This document shows, piece by piece, positions 30,100 through 39,551 of a DNA stretch of 56,421 nucleotides. The stretch is taken from positions 1 through 56,421 of the IMG/VR virus record IMGVR_UViG_3300026484_000465; one strand, given 5' to 3'. Under the pieces are notes generated by a model. It did not search any database, had not been told where the DNA came from, and was given only the letters and a program-made list of their open reading frames with translations. Each line of letters starts with the position of its first letter. Within the stretch, counting starts at the first letter, position 1. The translations under genes and the position numbers were made by a program. The stretch is from a virus (Duplodnaviria > Caudoviricetes).

Positions 30100-33000
30100 A
30101 TGAATGATAATTTTATGAATGACCCATATATGATGATGATGATGATGCAACATCCTCAAACAAACACATCCCATATGTTTAACAGTATGATGGGTTATAA
30201 TCAATTCTTTATGCCAAATGCTAATACAGGTTATAATATAACAGGAAATATGTCGTTTTTAGACAAACAATATAATAATTATGATTTTGGGTTATCAGAT
30301 TATGTTACTCATAATCTATTAGGGCTACATAGACATATAGGTATGAATGGAATTGATGCTCAACTTGCTGCCTCAGCACAACATGATTTATCTATTGGTC
30401 ATGCTAATACTTATGGTTTAGAGTTAGGGTTAGGTGCTTTGGCTATGGGGTTACCTATGTTACCAGGTTTAGCTGTAGGAACTGGAGTTAGCGCTGTAGC
30501 AGATCAAGTAAGAGAAAATATAAATGATAGATACAAAAACTTTCAAAAAACTGCCCTTATTACATCTAATTTTATAGGAAAAGATGGAAGTGAAGGATTT
30601 GATAGTAATACAATTAAAGGAATAAATAAACAAATTAGAGATGAAGCTGCTGACGACACAATGTTTTCTGTAGATGACATTCAGGAAATGATGAAAAAAT
30701 TTAATTCACATGGATTTCTTAATGATGTTAACTCTAGTAGACAATACAAAGATATTGTTGGAACATTAAAAGACAGGGTTAGGGATTTGGCAGAGTTTTT
30801 AGGTGAAACTAATCCTAGTAAATTATTAGATGGTTTAACTAAATATAAATCAATAGGTTTTACTAGAGCCGAAACATTTGATATTATGAAACAGATAAAA
30901 GGCGTGTCAAATATATCAGGTATCTCTAAAGAAATCATAGAGCAACAAATAGGGATGGAAGTAGCACAAAAAGATAATGTAGGAACAGATGAAAGGATTA
31001 TAACAAAGAGAGTTTTATCTGAAGCGGCTCAAATAAATGCCTTAAGTAGAAGTGGATTTATGCCAGGTGTTTTTTCTGATAAAAAGAAGGCCTTATCTGT
31101 ATATTCTTCCTTAAATCAAGCTGCAAATGAAGTTATGCAAAGTGAGCAAGGAATGGGGCAAAACCAATTAATGTTTCTTGCTATGAATTTACAAAAAGAA
31201 AAAGGAGGCTCGTTAAATAAAAATTACCAAAAAATACTTGATATGAACTATTCTGAAAGAAATAAACTTATAACACATTTTCAACAAACAAACAAAGAAT
31301 TTGGCTCTTTCTTCTATGATAATGACTTACTTAGTACAGCAATTCAAAATAATAAAGAGGTGGGAAGTGTTGAACAATATAAAAACCCGATCATTCAACT
31401 AATAAAACATATAAAAAAAGAAATGCCGCATGCAGATAAAAATGAAATTCTTAAGGCTCTTAAATACAGAGGAATAAAAGGTGAACAATTAAGTATGGCG
31501 GGTGTTTTAGTGCAAGGCTATGAAACTTATGGAAATTTTAATTGGCTTACAAGCCAAAATGATTCAGTTAAATCAAATACTGATATTAGAAATGCATTTA
31601 ACAAATATTCTCTTGCAAGAGAAAAAACTAGCACTGCTGCATATATTGGAAGAAAATGGAGACATACTACAGAATGGTTGGGTGATATATTCGGTGGAGA
31701 TTATGGAGAAGAAATTGCCGCTGAAATTCAAGATATGAATAGGGGAATAACAGCCTATCCTAAAGAAAATAAAAGTTTTGTTTTACGACATAAAATTGCT
31801 GACTTTAAAACAAAACTCGGGGTTAAGAATGTTTATAAATTTTTAGCAAAAAATTATAGTGATATTATGGATACTTCAAAAAAAGATCCATTAAAAGAAA
31901 AAGAAGAGCTTTTAAAAGATATTCAAAATAATGTTTTAGTTAGGTCTGGCTCAATAGATGCAACAGCAGCATTTAAGATGGCTTTCAAGAGAAAATATAA
32001 AAATGATAGCAGTATGTCGGCTATTGATTATTTTAAACAAGCATATGGAGAAAAAGCTAAAACTTACCATATGCTTCCTTTTACAGAGATGTTTCATGCT
32101 TTTGATAGTGATTATTTAAAAGTTATGCTTGCAGACAATATCTCAACAGGGGATTATATATCTGTATTTAAAAAGAATAATGAATTTAAACATGTTAAGA
32201 AATCATGGGGAAACATTATAAAAGATAAAGGTCATACAGGATTAGAAGAGATGTATCTGTTAGAGAGAAATGCACCAAAAACAAAAAAAGAAGCAAAGAA
32301 ACTAATACAAGGGTATGAATATTATAATGAATTCTCAGAAGAAAAGAAAGAAAATAAAAACATTACTTTTAAAGAATTTTTAGCCAAACAAAAGAAAGTA
32401 AAAAATGATAAACTTATCCGTAGTTTTGTGTCTAATGAAAATGAATTTAAAGAAGTGAAAAATTTAGGTAAAAATCAAGTTAATAAATTGTATTTAGCTG
32501 CTTCAAAAGGTAATGTGTCTGATTTTAAAGAATTGATTAAATCTCCTAAAATAGATTTAGTTACAGACCCAAAAGTTTTAGATAGATTAAGGGCTAATAT
32601 AAAAAAAAGCAAGACTATAGATAGTGAAGACAAAATAGAAATGGTTGCCGAAATAGATAAAACTGTAGCAATGAAAAATGTAAAATTCTTTACTCCAAAA
32701 AAAATAAAAGAATTGGAAGAGGGTGGGGCAATCAAGTTTGCTATAGGATTACAAACGTTAAACAAAGAGCAAAGAAATAAGATGCTTAAAGCTGTAAAAA
32801 ACAATGATACAAAAACTATGTTATCTATAGCAACAGATTCCAATGATGGTAACTTATTACAAAATACTAGACAATTTGTTGCTTCTTACGGTGGTGGTGA
32901 TATGGCTAAAGCATTAAAAAGTGGTGTTAGTGCAGCTAGACAAAAAGAGCTAGGAATTGTTGACGATATGAAAGATCTTCTTAACGTTAAAGACGACAAA

Positions 33001-33297
33001 GTAATGCAAAAAGTATTATCCAAAATGGGTGATGGAGATATGTATGGAGCATATTCTATAGTTAAAAAACAGCAAGGTAACCAAAATATGAGTTACGAAG
33101 ACTTTACTAGAATTCAAAGTTTAGCTAATGTAAGTTCAGAATTTGGGTTTGAAAATAAGGAAGATAAAAAAACACTAGCATCAACAGCTCATCTTACAGA
33201 CAGGCAAACAAAACAAGTAACTTTAGCATTAACAAAAAAACAAACAAGTTTATTAACTGAAATTAAAGACATTTTAGATAAAATAGAAAAAAAATAG
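30100..33297 (+). CDS. Tape measure protein
   Basis: 1065 aa, helical, Gly-rich hydrophobic segment LGLGALAMGLPMLPGLAVGTGV, follows frameshifted chaperone. Confidence 0.75.
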   Translation: MNDNFMNDPYMMMMMMQHPQTNTSHMFNSMMGYNQFFMPNANTGYNITGNMSFLDKQYNNYDFGLSDYVTHNLLGLHRHIGMNGIDAQLAASAQHDLSIGHANTYGLELGLGALAMGLPMLPGLAVGTGVSAVADQVRENINDRYKNFQKTALITSNFIGKDGSEGFDSNTIKGINKQIRDEAADDTMFSVDDIQEMMKKFNSHGFLNDVNSSRQYKDIVGTLKDRVRDLAEFLGETNPSKLLDGLTKYKSIGFTRAETFDIMKQIKGVSNISGISKEIIEQQIGMEVAQKDNVGTDERIITKRVLSEAAQINALSRSGFMPGVFSDKKKALSVYSSLNQAANEVMQSEQGMGQNQLMFLAMNLQKEKGGSLNKNYQKILDMNYSERNKLITHFQQTNKEFGSFFYDNDLLSTAIQNNKEVGSVEQYKNPIIQLIKHIKKEMPHADKNEILKALKYRGIKGEQLSMAGVLVQGYETYGNFNWLTSQNDSVKSNTDIRNAFNKYSLAREKTSTAAYIGRKWRHTTEWLGDIFGGDYGEEIAAEIQDMNRGITAYPKENKSFVLRHKIADFKTKLGVKNVYKFLAKNYSDIMDTSKKDPLKEKEELLKDIQNNVLVRSGSIDATAAFKMAFKRKYKNDSSMSAIDYFKQAYGEKAKTYHMLPFTEMFHAFDSDYLKVMLADNISTGDYISVFKKNNEFKHVKKSWGNIIKDKGHTGLEEMYLLERNAPKTKKEAKKLIQGYEYYNEFSEEKKENKNITFKEFLAKQKKVKNDKLIRSFVSNENEFKEVKNLGKNQVNKLYLAASKGNVSDFKELIKSPKIDLVTDPKVLDRLRANIKKSKTIDSEDKIEMVAEIDKTVAMKNVKFFTPKKIKELEEGGAIKFAIGLQTLNKEQRNKMLKAVKNNDTKTMLSIATDSNDGNLLQNTRQFVASYGGGDMAKALKSGVSAARQKELGIVDDMKDLLNVKDDKVMQKVLSKMGDGDMYGAYSIVKKQQGNQNMSYEDFTRIQSLANVSSEFGFENKEDKKTLASTAHLTDRQTKQVTLALTKKQTSLLTEIKDILDKIEKK

Positions 33298-33308
33298 GAT
33301 GGTAGAAG

Positions 33309-33662
33309 ATGGGAGATTTAAGAAGAGGAGTTATTAGTAAGGGAAGAGAAGATAAAGTAGAAGATTTAATTGTAAGTAAAAATGTTGGATTACGATACGA
33401 TTTAGCCGTAGATAGAGCAATTAGTGGAGATGCAGGTATAAGAAAAGATATTAATTCTAAAAAAGGTCTTGTAAGAGGAACCATTTTAACAATAAACAAA
33501 AAAACACCAAATAAAACAATAAATATTAATGGTATGCTGTTTTCAGATAAATTTTCAGGAGAGTATATTGCGAATAATATAACAAAAGAAGTTAGTGGGG
33601 GTGAAATATCTGCCCCATATAAAAATACATCAGTTGGATTTGTAGGTGTTTCTAATGGGTAA
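33309..33662 (+). CDS. Hypothetical tail/baseplate protein
   Basis: Follows tape measure. Confidence 0.45.
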   Translation: MGDLRRGVISKGREDKVEDLIVSKNVGLRYDLAVDRAISGDAGIRKDINSKKGLVRGTILTINKKTPNKTININGMLFSDKFSGEYIANNITKEVSGGEISAPYKNTSVGFVGVSNG

Positions 33663-35373
33663 TATAACACTTCAAGATAAAATGTTAGAAAAAACAAATG
33701 TTATTACAAGAAGTAGCATATCACATGTTGCTACAACACAAGAATTTTCGCCAATAGGTAATAATAAAAAAATATTTTATTATGGGAAAGATATATCTTC
33801 TATTAATCTTACTGTGCAATCTTTAGACAAAAAAGGCTTTTCTCCTGATAAACAATTTAAATTATTTTCAAATGAATTCTCAGGGGAAATAAAATTAGAT
33901 TCTATAAATGTCAATGAATATTCTGAATTACCTTATACTATTACACAAATATCAGGAATAGGGAAAAGTAATGAACAAATAAATGTAGTTAATTCTGACA
34001 ATATAAAGATAATCAAAGGGTTAGAAGATATTTATAGTTTAAATTGGCAGACAACATATACACCACATTTAGGAACAGGATATAGTCTTAGTGTATCAGC
34101 TAAAACAAAAGAATTAGCGAACAAAGAAACATTCAGTTTTAGTGTAGGTGAAAAAACATTTAATATAGGTAAGAAAAGTGCTAAATTATTAAATATAACA
34201 AAACAATTAAATAGGGTATATTCAGGGGTATCTATTTCCAAATCAGATCCTTTGCCACTAGTCTTATCAAAAACAGTAGTAATTTCTACAACTGAAAACC
34301 CTTTATTACTTGATATAGTTGGCGGAGATAAAGTATTATTTTATTCAGCAACAAAAATAAATAACTTATTTCATACTTATATAAAAAAAGGAGATGTTGT
34401 AGGTTTTCTATCAGAACTTATAGGAAATGAGATAAAGATAACGGAAGGAAGAAATATTTCCCCTGTTTTACAAGCCTTAAAAAATACTTCTACAACAGGA
34501 GGGAGTCTTGTAAATAACAGAATTAATGAGGCTGTTACAAAATTTTTACAACCTAAAATTTGTACAGTTGGAGATATAATCTCCCAAATACTAAATTTTA
34601 TAGGAATGGAATTTTATTATTCTTACCAAACTGATAGTTATACAATAGACTCTCCTAGAATTTTATATTTTGAAGGTAACAAATCTGATATTGTTTTATC
34701 AAAAGATGATGTTATTTCAATTAGTTCTAACAATAATCTAGCTTCAACTCCATCTTTGATGATACCTAATATAGATTTTAAAAATATGACGCTTTCCAGT
34801 ATTGCACAAAATTGTTCACAAATGTTAGCAGGATATATTTTAAAAAAGATGAGCAAACTTAAAGACTTACCTGTTTTTAAAATAGAAACATTTAGTGTTC
34901 CTGAGATATTGTTCCCTGTTGAAAAAGAATTAAATAAGAAAAGCTTATTTGAGAAAATGAATGGATATTTTTCTGATGTCTGGTTATACTATGCTGGATT
35001 ATCAATGAGAAGTGTTTTTTCTAATATAAACAATGGAAATATTCAAATAGTGCCTAATTTTGATATAATAGAACCTCACAAATGGTATAAGATAGAAGAT
35101 ACTTGGTATTATGTTACAAGTATATCTATTTCCTTTAGTAGGGGTAGCATAATTATGAACTTACAGTATTCTGGAATCTATGACCAGGATTTATATAAGA
35201 TTCTTGATGAATTGAAGCAAATAATGGGCGATAGTACTCAATGTGAAAAAACATTTAATGATTTTTTCAAAGACAAATATACGCCCTTTAACCAAAAAGT
35301 GAGTAATAAATCAAAACCATCAGAGGTAATTGAAGATATTAAAAATCAGAATATTAAGCAATTAGATTTTTAA
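33646..35373 (+). CDS. Putative baseplate hub protein
   Basis: Position; IISQILNFIGMEFYY and C-terminal WYYVTSISISFS pattern as in hub proteins; start uncertain (ATG 33655 possible). Confidence 0.45.
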   Translation: MFLMGNITLQDKMLEKTNVITRSSISHVATTQEFSPIGNNKKIFYYGKDISSINLTVQSLDKKGFSPDKQFKLFSNEFSGEIKLDSINVNEYSELPYTITQISGIGKSNEQINVVNSDNIKIIKGLEDIYSLNWQTTYTPHLGTGYSLSVSAKTKELANKETFSFSVGEKTFNIGKKSAKLLNITKQLNRVYSGVSISKSDPLPLVLSKTVVISTTENPLLLDIVGGDKVLFYSATKINNLFHTYIKKGDVVGFLSELIGNEIKITEGRNISPVLQALKNTSTTGGSLVNNRINEAVTKFLQPKICTVGDIISQILNFIGMEFYYSYQTDSYTIDSPRILYFEGNKSDIVLSKDDVISISSNNNLASTPSLMIPNIDFKNMTLSSIAQNCSQMLAGYILKKMSKLKDLPVFKIETFSVPEILFPVEKELNKKSLFEKMNGYFSDVWLYYAGLSMRSVFSNINNGNIQIVPNFDIIEPHKWYKIEDTWYYVTSISISFSRGSIIMNLQYSGIYDQDLYKILDELKQIMGDSTQCEKTFNDFFKDKYTPFNQKVSNKSKPSEVIEDIKNQNIKQLDF

Positions 35374-35377
35374 TTCC

Positions 35378-35421
35378 TTGACCATTTTGATTTATTATGA
35401 TAAAATAAACAAAAAAAAGGA
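35378..35421 (+). promoter_or_regulatory. Sigma70-type promoter plus RBS
   Basis: TTGACC (35378-35383), N17, TGa-TAAAAT (35401-35406), A-run, AAGGA. Confidence 0.75.
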
Positions 35422-35427
35422 AAGAAA

Positions 35428-35799
35428 ATGGATTTACTAAAAGTAGCAAACGACCCATATGCGAGTTATTTAACAAAAACAGCCGCGGTAATCAGTGATT
35501 TTGAACAAGGAAGAATTACAGCTGATGAAGCGTTTGGAGCAGCTCAAGAAATGGGGATTGCACCACAAGATTTAGTTGCAGCTCAAGAAGTTTTATTTAA
35601 AGAAGCTTCAGAAAGTGCTAGCCTTGAAAAAGTAGCATCAATTGTAGATGACCCTTATTGCACACCACTTGAAAAAGTAGCAGCGATTGTAGACGGTATT
35701 GCTGCAGGAACTGTTGATTATGATGCAGGAACTCAAGTTGCAGCTCAATTAGGATTTGATGCTCAAGACATGGAATATATCTACGCACAAACTCACTAA
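35428..35799 (+). CDS. Acidic Ala-rich protein with five L-x-K-x-A motifs, putative scaffold/core protein
   Basis: LLKVA, LTKTA, LFKEA, LEKVA, LEKVA in 123 aa; monocistronic. Confidence 0.6.
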   Translation: MDLLKVANDPYASYLTKTAAVISDFEQGRITADEAFGAAQEMGIAPQDLVAAQEVLFKEASESASLEKVASIVDDPYCTPLEKVAAIVDGIAAGTVDYDAGTQVAAQLGFDAQDMEYIYAQTH

Positions 35800-35807
35800 G
35801 CTAACCT

Positions 35808-35840
35808 AAAAAAAAGGAGGGTGCTTATACCCCCCTTTTA
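35808..35840. terminator. Probable bidirectional intrinsic terminator
   Basis: A-run, GGAGGGT-gcttat-ACCCCCC, T-run between convergent genes. Confidence 0.65.
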
Positions 35841-35947
35841 AGAACCATCAAAATAAATAAAACCAACTTAACTACTAATTTAACTGAATCAAGTATAGTT
35901 TTTTTTAATATCATGATGGATGCACTAGGCTTACTTACATCAAACAT
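35825..35947 (-). CDS. Small 40-aa ORF with hydrophobic C-terminal helix
   Basis: Not in ORF track. AAAGGAATAAA-ATG; MFDVSKPSASIMILKKTILDSVKLVVKLVLFILMVLKRGV. Confidence 0.45.
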   Translation of the reverse strand: MFDVSKPSASIMILKKTILDSVKLVVKLVLFILMVLKRGV

Positions 35948-36022
35948 TTTATTCCTTTATCTTAAATTTCTCTTTTAATATAGAGATTCCTTTGATAAGG
36001 GCCTAGTGCACAAATATATAAC

Positions 36023-36745
36023 TTATTTTGTTTTAATATTTTGAGTCGAAGAATTGTTTTTAATTGATACTTTAGTGTTTGTTGTAATGTGTTTTGCAGA
36101 GTTTATTTGTTTTATTTTAGATATTTCTGAAGTCGATAAAGCTGTAGAATCACTAACTGGATTTATTCCTGGAGTGATATTGATAGTCTGTTCAACAATA
36201 TTATTAGGTTTATTATTATAATCAAATAATTCTTTTTTTATTTTTGTTAATTCATTTTGACATTTAGTTAATTGGTTTAACTCTTTGTAGCACAAATTAC
36301 AATCTGTATTTATTCCAAAGCTCTGATTTATTTTAATTATTTCATTGTCTTCAATCTCATTGTAAGAAGCAAAATAAAATCCATATTTTAATTCCGTCAA
36401 TTGACCTTTTATGTTTTTTGTTATTGACTCCCAAGACAATGAAAGACCTTCTTTACTGTTAAAAGCAGAATAAATTATTCTTTTTTTTCCATCCCCATAT
36501 TTTAAAACAACAGCATCAGTTTTTCCGTCGGAGAATACTATTTGGATTAAAATATACCCATTTTTATACGGTGGTTTCACTGTTAAAATAGTATAATTAT
36601 CTCTTCTAAGTGATGGTATAACTTCTGTTTTATATGTATTATTATCGAAAAAATAAATAGTATTGTTTGTTTTATAAAATTTACTATCTACAATTATTGA
36701 TTTTTTTTTATCTATAGGTAAACAAGAAGCAAAAGAAAAACTCAT
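36023..36745 (-). CDS. Hypothetical protein
   Basis: Start moved from 36778 to ATG 36745, which forms an ATGA overlap with the upstream stop. Confidence 0.55.
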   Translation of the reverse strand: MSFSFASCLPIDKKKSIIVDSKFYKTNNTIYFFDNNTYKTEVIPSLRRDNYTILTVKPPYKNGYILIQIVFSDGKTDAVVLKYGDGKKRIIYSAFNSKEGLSLSWESITKNIKGQLTELKYGFYFASYNEIEDNEIIKINQSFGINTDCNLCYKELNQLTKCQNELTKIKKELFDYNNKPNNIVEQTINITPGINPVSDSTALSTSEISKIKQINSAKHITTNTKVSIKNNSSTQNIKTK

Positions 36746-37797
36746 TGTTTTTGTTTCTCTTTTTGGTGTTTCATCCATAATTCAGGTAATTTAACTAATC
36801 CATAACCTAACACACCTCCCCATAAAGCTTTACCAGCTGTATGTCCAAGTAATGATTTATCTAACACAGGACTACCTTTCATTCCTTTATATAAATCAAT
36901 ATCATCACTATTGTAGTTATGTTTTGTTTTTGACATCATATTAGGTAGAAGATATTTTGATAAAGAATGTAATATTTTTTTTGAACCTTTAGCTCTTTCA
37001 CCTGCTCTAGACCATACTTCACCTTTTTTTATATCTTTTAATTCATCTTTATCGAAGTAAGTGTCTGGGGTTGAACCAACAGATTTGTAGGCTCTTCCTA
37101 ACAGTCTTGAAGTTAAAGGTTCCACTCCAGCACCTATTGCCATACCTGCTCCACTTAATGCTGCAGGAGAAAGAACATTTTCTTCTTTATTATCTAATTC
37201 GGCTGTTGCTGCTGAATTAGCTCCTCCCATAACAGCCATTGGAACAAAACCTTTAATAAACCCTTTTCTCCTGAAGGAATTTACAATACCACCCATTACA
37301 CCTCCAACACCTCCACCGAATAAAGCGGCTTTACCTACATTTTCTTGGTTTTCTTTTCTTTTTCTCTTTTGTTCATCAAGTTCATTTGTTGCTAATTCAG
37401 CAGACCTAGATAAACCAGCTGTTTTTACAATCAAATAATTACCAGCAGAACTTTGTTTTACCAAATCTATCTTTTTTTTTAAGTATTGGTCTGAAACTCT
37501 TTTACCTGCTAATAGTTTTCTTGCTTCAATAGCTTTATCTACCTTTTTATTATTGGATATTTTACCATATGCCCCACCTGCTACTGCACCAGTTCCAATG
37601 TGAGCAAGCGTACCTATTAATCCGGTTTTCTTACTTCTTGCTGAATCAAAAATTCTCAACCCAAGTCCACCAACAAGGGCACCTTTATATGCTCCTTCTA
37701 ACACAGGTTCAACATCTTTCCTTGTGTGAGGATAGAGGGCATCGGCTTTAGCTTGTTCTTCGAGAATGTACTCATCAATACTTTTATTTTTATCCAT
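36742..37797 (-). CDS. Multi-glycine-zipper membrane-type protein with internal IVKTA motif
   Basis: GAYKGALVGGLG, GTGAVAGGAYG, GGGVGGVMGG, GAGMAIGAG, ALWGGVLGYGL; NYLIVKTAG. Confidence 0.65.
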   Translation of the reverse strand: MDKNKSIDEYILEEQAKADALYPHTRKDVEPVLEGAYKGALVGGLGLRIFDSARSKKTGLIGTLAHIGTGAVAGGAYGKISNNKKVDKAIEARKLLAGKRVSDQYLKKKIDLVKQSSAGNYLIVKTAGLSRSAELATNELDEQKRKRKENQENVGKAALFGGGVGGVMGGIVNSFRRKGFIKGFVPMAVMGGANSAATAELDNKEENVLSPAALSGAGMAIGAGVEPLTSRLLGRAYKSVGSTPDTYFDKDELKDIKKGEVWSRAGERAKGSKKILHSLSKYLLPNMMSKTKHNYNSDDIDLYKGMKGSPVLDKSLLGHTAGKALWGGVLGYGLVKLPELWMKHQKEKQKQ

Positions 37798-37813
37798 TTT
37801 ATATCCTTAGAAT

Positions 37814-38221
37814 TTATCTAGACAAACTTCCTGCTGTTTGAATGTATTTTAATGCTTCATCTGGTTTAGAACCTCTATTAATATCAGCAATAATTTTAGC
37901 TGTTGCTAAATCAACATTACCGCCATATTGATAAATTTGATATATAGCATCTGCCATCAATTCTTTACTATTACTCATTCTAGGAGATAAAGTATAAACT
38001 GCTCCAGCCCATGCTTTTAATTTACTATCAGATACTTTTCCTAGTTCTGGATGTTTTCTTTTAGCATATTTAACAATACTACCCAATTTAACTTTAAACA
38101 TTAAATCATTTGTTTGTTGAATTACTTTTTCAGCCCCTACTAATGCAGCTGTTGTTCCACCTACTGTCATAGCAATATCTTCTAATTTGCTTTTTTCAGC
38201 TATTTTTTCTAAATAAGACAT
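37814..38221 (-). CDS. Protein with LEKIA leader and hydrophobic segment
   Basis: MSYLEKIA; IAMTVGGTTAALVGA; own TGtTATAAT promoter. Confidence 0.6.
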   Translation of the reverse strand: MSYLEKIAEKSKLEDIAMTVGGTTAALVGAEKVIQQTNDLMFKVKLGSIVKYAKRKHPELGKVSDSKLKAWAGAVYTLSPRMSNSKELMADAIYQIYQYGGNVDLATAKIIADINRGSKPDEALKYIQTAGSLSR

Positions 38222-38285
38222 CTGAATCCTTTTTTTGTATTAATTATAACATATTTTGATATAATATTTAAAAAAGGATTTTGTA

Positions 38286-39551
38286 ATGTTGAACACGAAC
38301 GACATATTAGATTCATTTAAAATGATAAATCCAAAAATAACACAAAAAACAATAGATAAATACATAACTATATATAAAAATAAGTATCCACAAATTGATT
38401 TCTCAAAACAAGAAAATATAGATTTTATTGTAATGCCTGTAGTTGCAGCTGAACTCACAATAGAATTAAACAAAAATAAATTATTATCAACTAATACAAT
38501 AGATGGTGTTATAAACTCAAATATGACAGCAGATGAAAAACTTTCGGCATTAAAAGCATATGCTAAATTAATAGGCTTTAAACCTATTTCTAAATCGTGG
38601 GAAAATTTATATAATGAAATTATTCAGTTTACACAAAACAATTGGTACAATTTAAAAACACCTATTGCCAATTTCATTTTAAACAAATTTAATTATATTG
38701 AAAATATATATATAGCTGACAGTAATTCTTCAGAAATGGTAAGAAATAGGGTTTATTATATTCAAATACCTGGTATGAAGATAAACACATTTGAATTATC
38801 AGACAATAATCAAACTAATTTATTTAATTATGCTTTCTCTATAGATGATTATGAAAAATACAAAGCAGCAAAAGAAGGAGGTTTTTTTAGTTTACCTAGT
38901 TGTATAGATTTATACTTATTTACAGAAATAAAAGAAAGCACTTTAAAAGTAACCCCTGTTGATAATTATTTTTCTTTAAAAGAAGGTTATTATGTTAGTG
39001 TAGAATGTGATGAACATCAAATAATCCATTCAAATTTTAATGATAAAAATGTTGATGGAATTATTCTTTGTAAACCAAGATTTTATGTTGATACAGATGA
39101 AGAAATAGAAATCAGAATAAAAGAATACATTTTACCCGATAAAGATGAAATAAAAATAGACGAGCTAGTTACTACATCTGATATTTTAATAAAAGCACCT
39201 TATCCAATTTTTATCTCGCTACTTTGTTATAGTTCAGAAAAATATTCTTCTTCTGATAAAGAAAATATGAAAAATATTTTAAATGAATACCTTAAGTCAA
39301 AACATAGAAATCCTAAAGAAATATCTTTAAAAGATATATCCAATGTATTATTAAGCAATAATTATAATGTAGACTTACAGCCAAAAGTGAATATAGAACT
39401 GTATCCTTATATAAATTATCAAGTTAAAAAAGAAGCAATTTTCCCATTAACAAAAAAAGACTACAGATCAAATAGTGCTGATTTGTATAACCAAATTTCA
39501 AACAATACATCTGTATTCTATATAAAGGATATAAATGTTATACCAGAATAA
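38286..39551 (+). CDS. Putative baseplate wedge (J-like) protein
   Basis: IYIADSNSSEMVRN...CIDLYL and C-terminal alpha/beta pattern resemble J-like proteins; recalled similarity only. Confidence 0.45.
   Translation: MLNTNDILDSFKMINPKITQKTIDKYITIYKNKYPQIDFSKQENIDFIVMPVVAAELTIELNKNKLLSTNTIDGVINSNMTADEKLSALKAYAKLIGFKPISKSWENLYNEIIQFTQNNWYNLKTPIANFILNKFNYIENIYIADSNSSEMVRNRVYYIQIPGMKINTFELSDNNQTNLFNYAFSIDDYEKYKAAKEGGFFSLPSCIDLYLFTEIKESTLKVTPVDNYFSLKEGYYVSVECDEHQIIHSNFNDKNVDGIILCKPRFYVDTDEEIEIRIKEYILPDKDEIKIDELVTTSDILIKAPYPIFISLLCYSSEKYSSSDKENMKNILNEYLKSKHRNPKEISLKDISNVLLSNNYNVDLQPKVNIELYPYINYQVKKEAIFPLTKKDYRSNSADLYNQISNNTSVFYIKDINVIPE

Noticed and set aside
30130-30147. (ATG)6 run at tape measure start as phase-variable switch
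   Set aside because: Triplet repeat keeps frame; lies in a generally Met-rich low-complexity N-terminus
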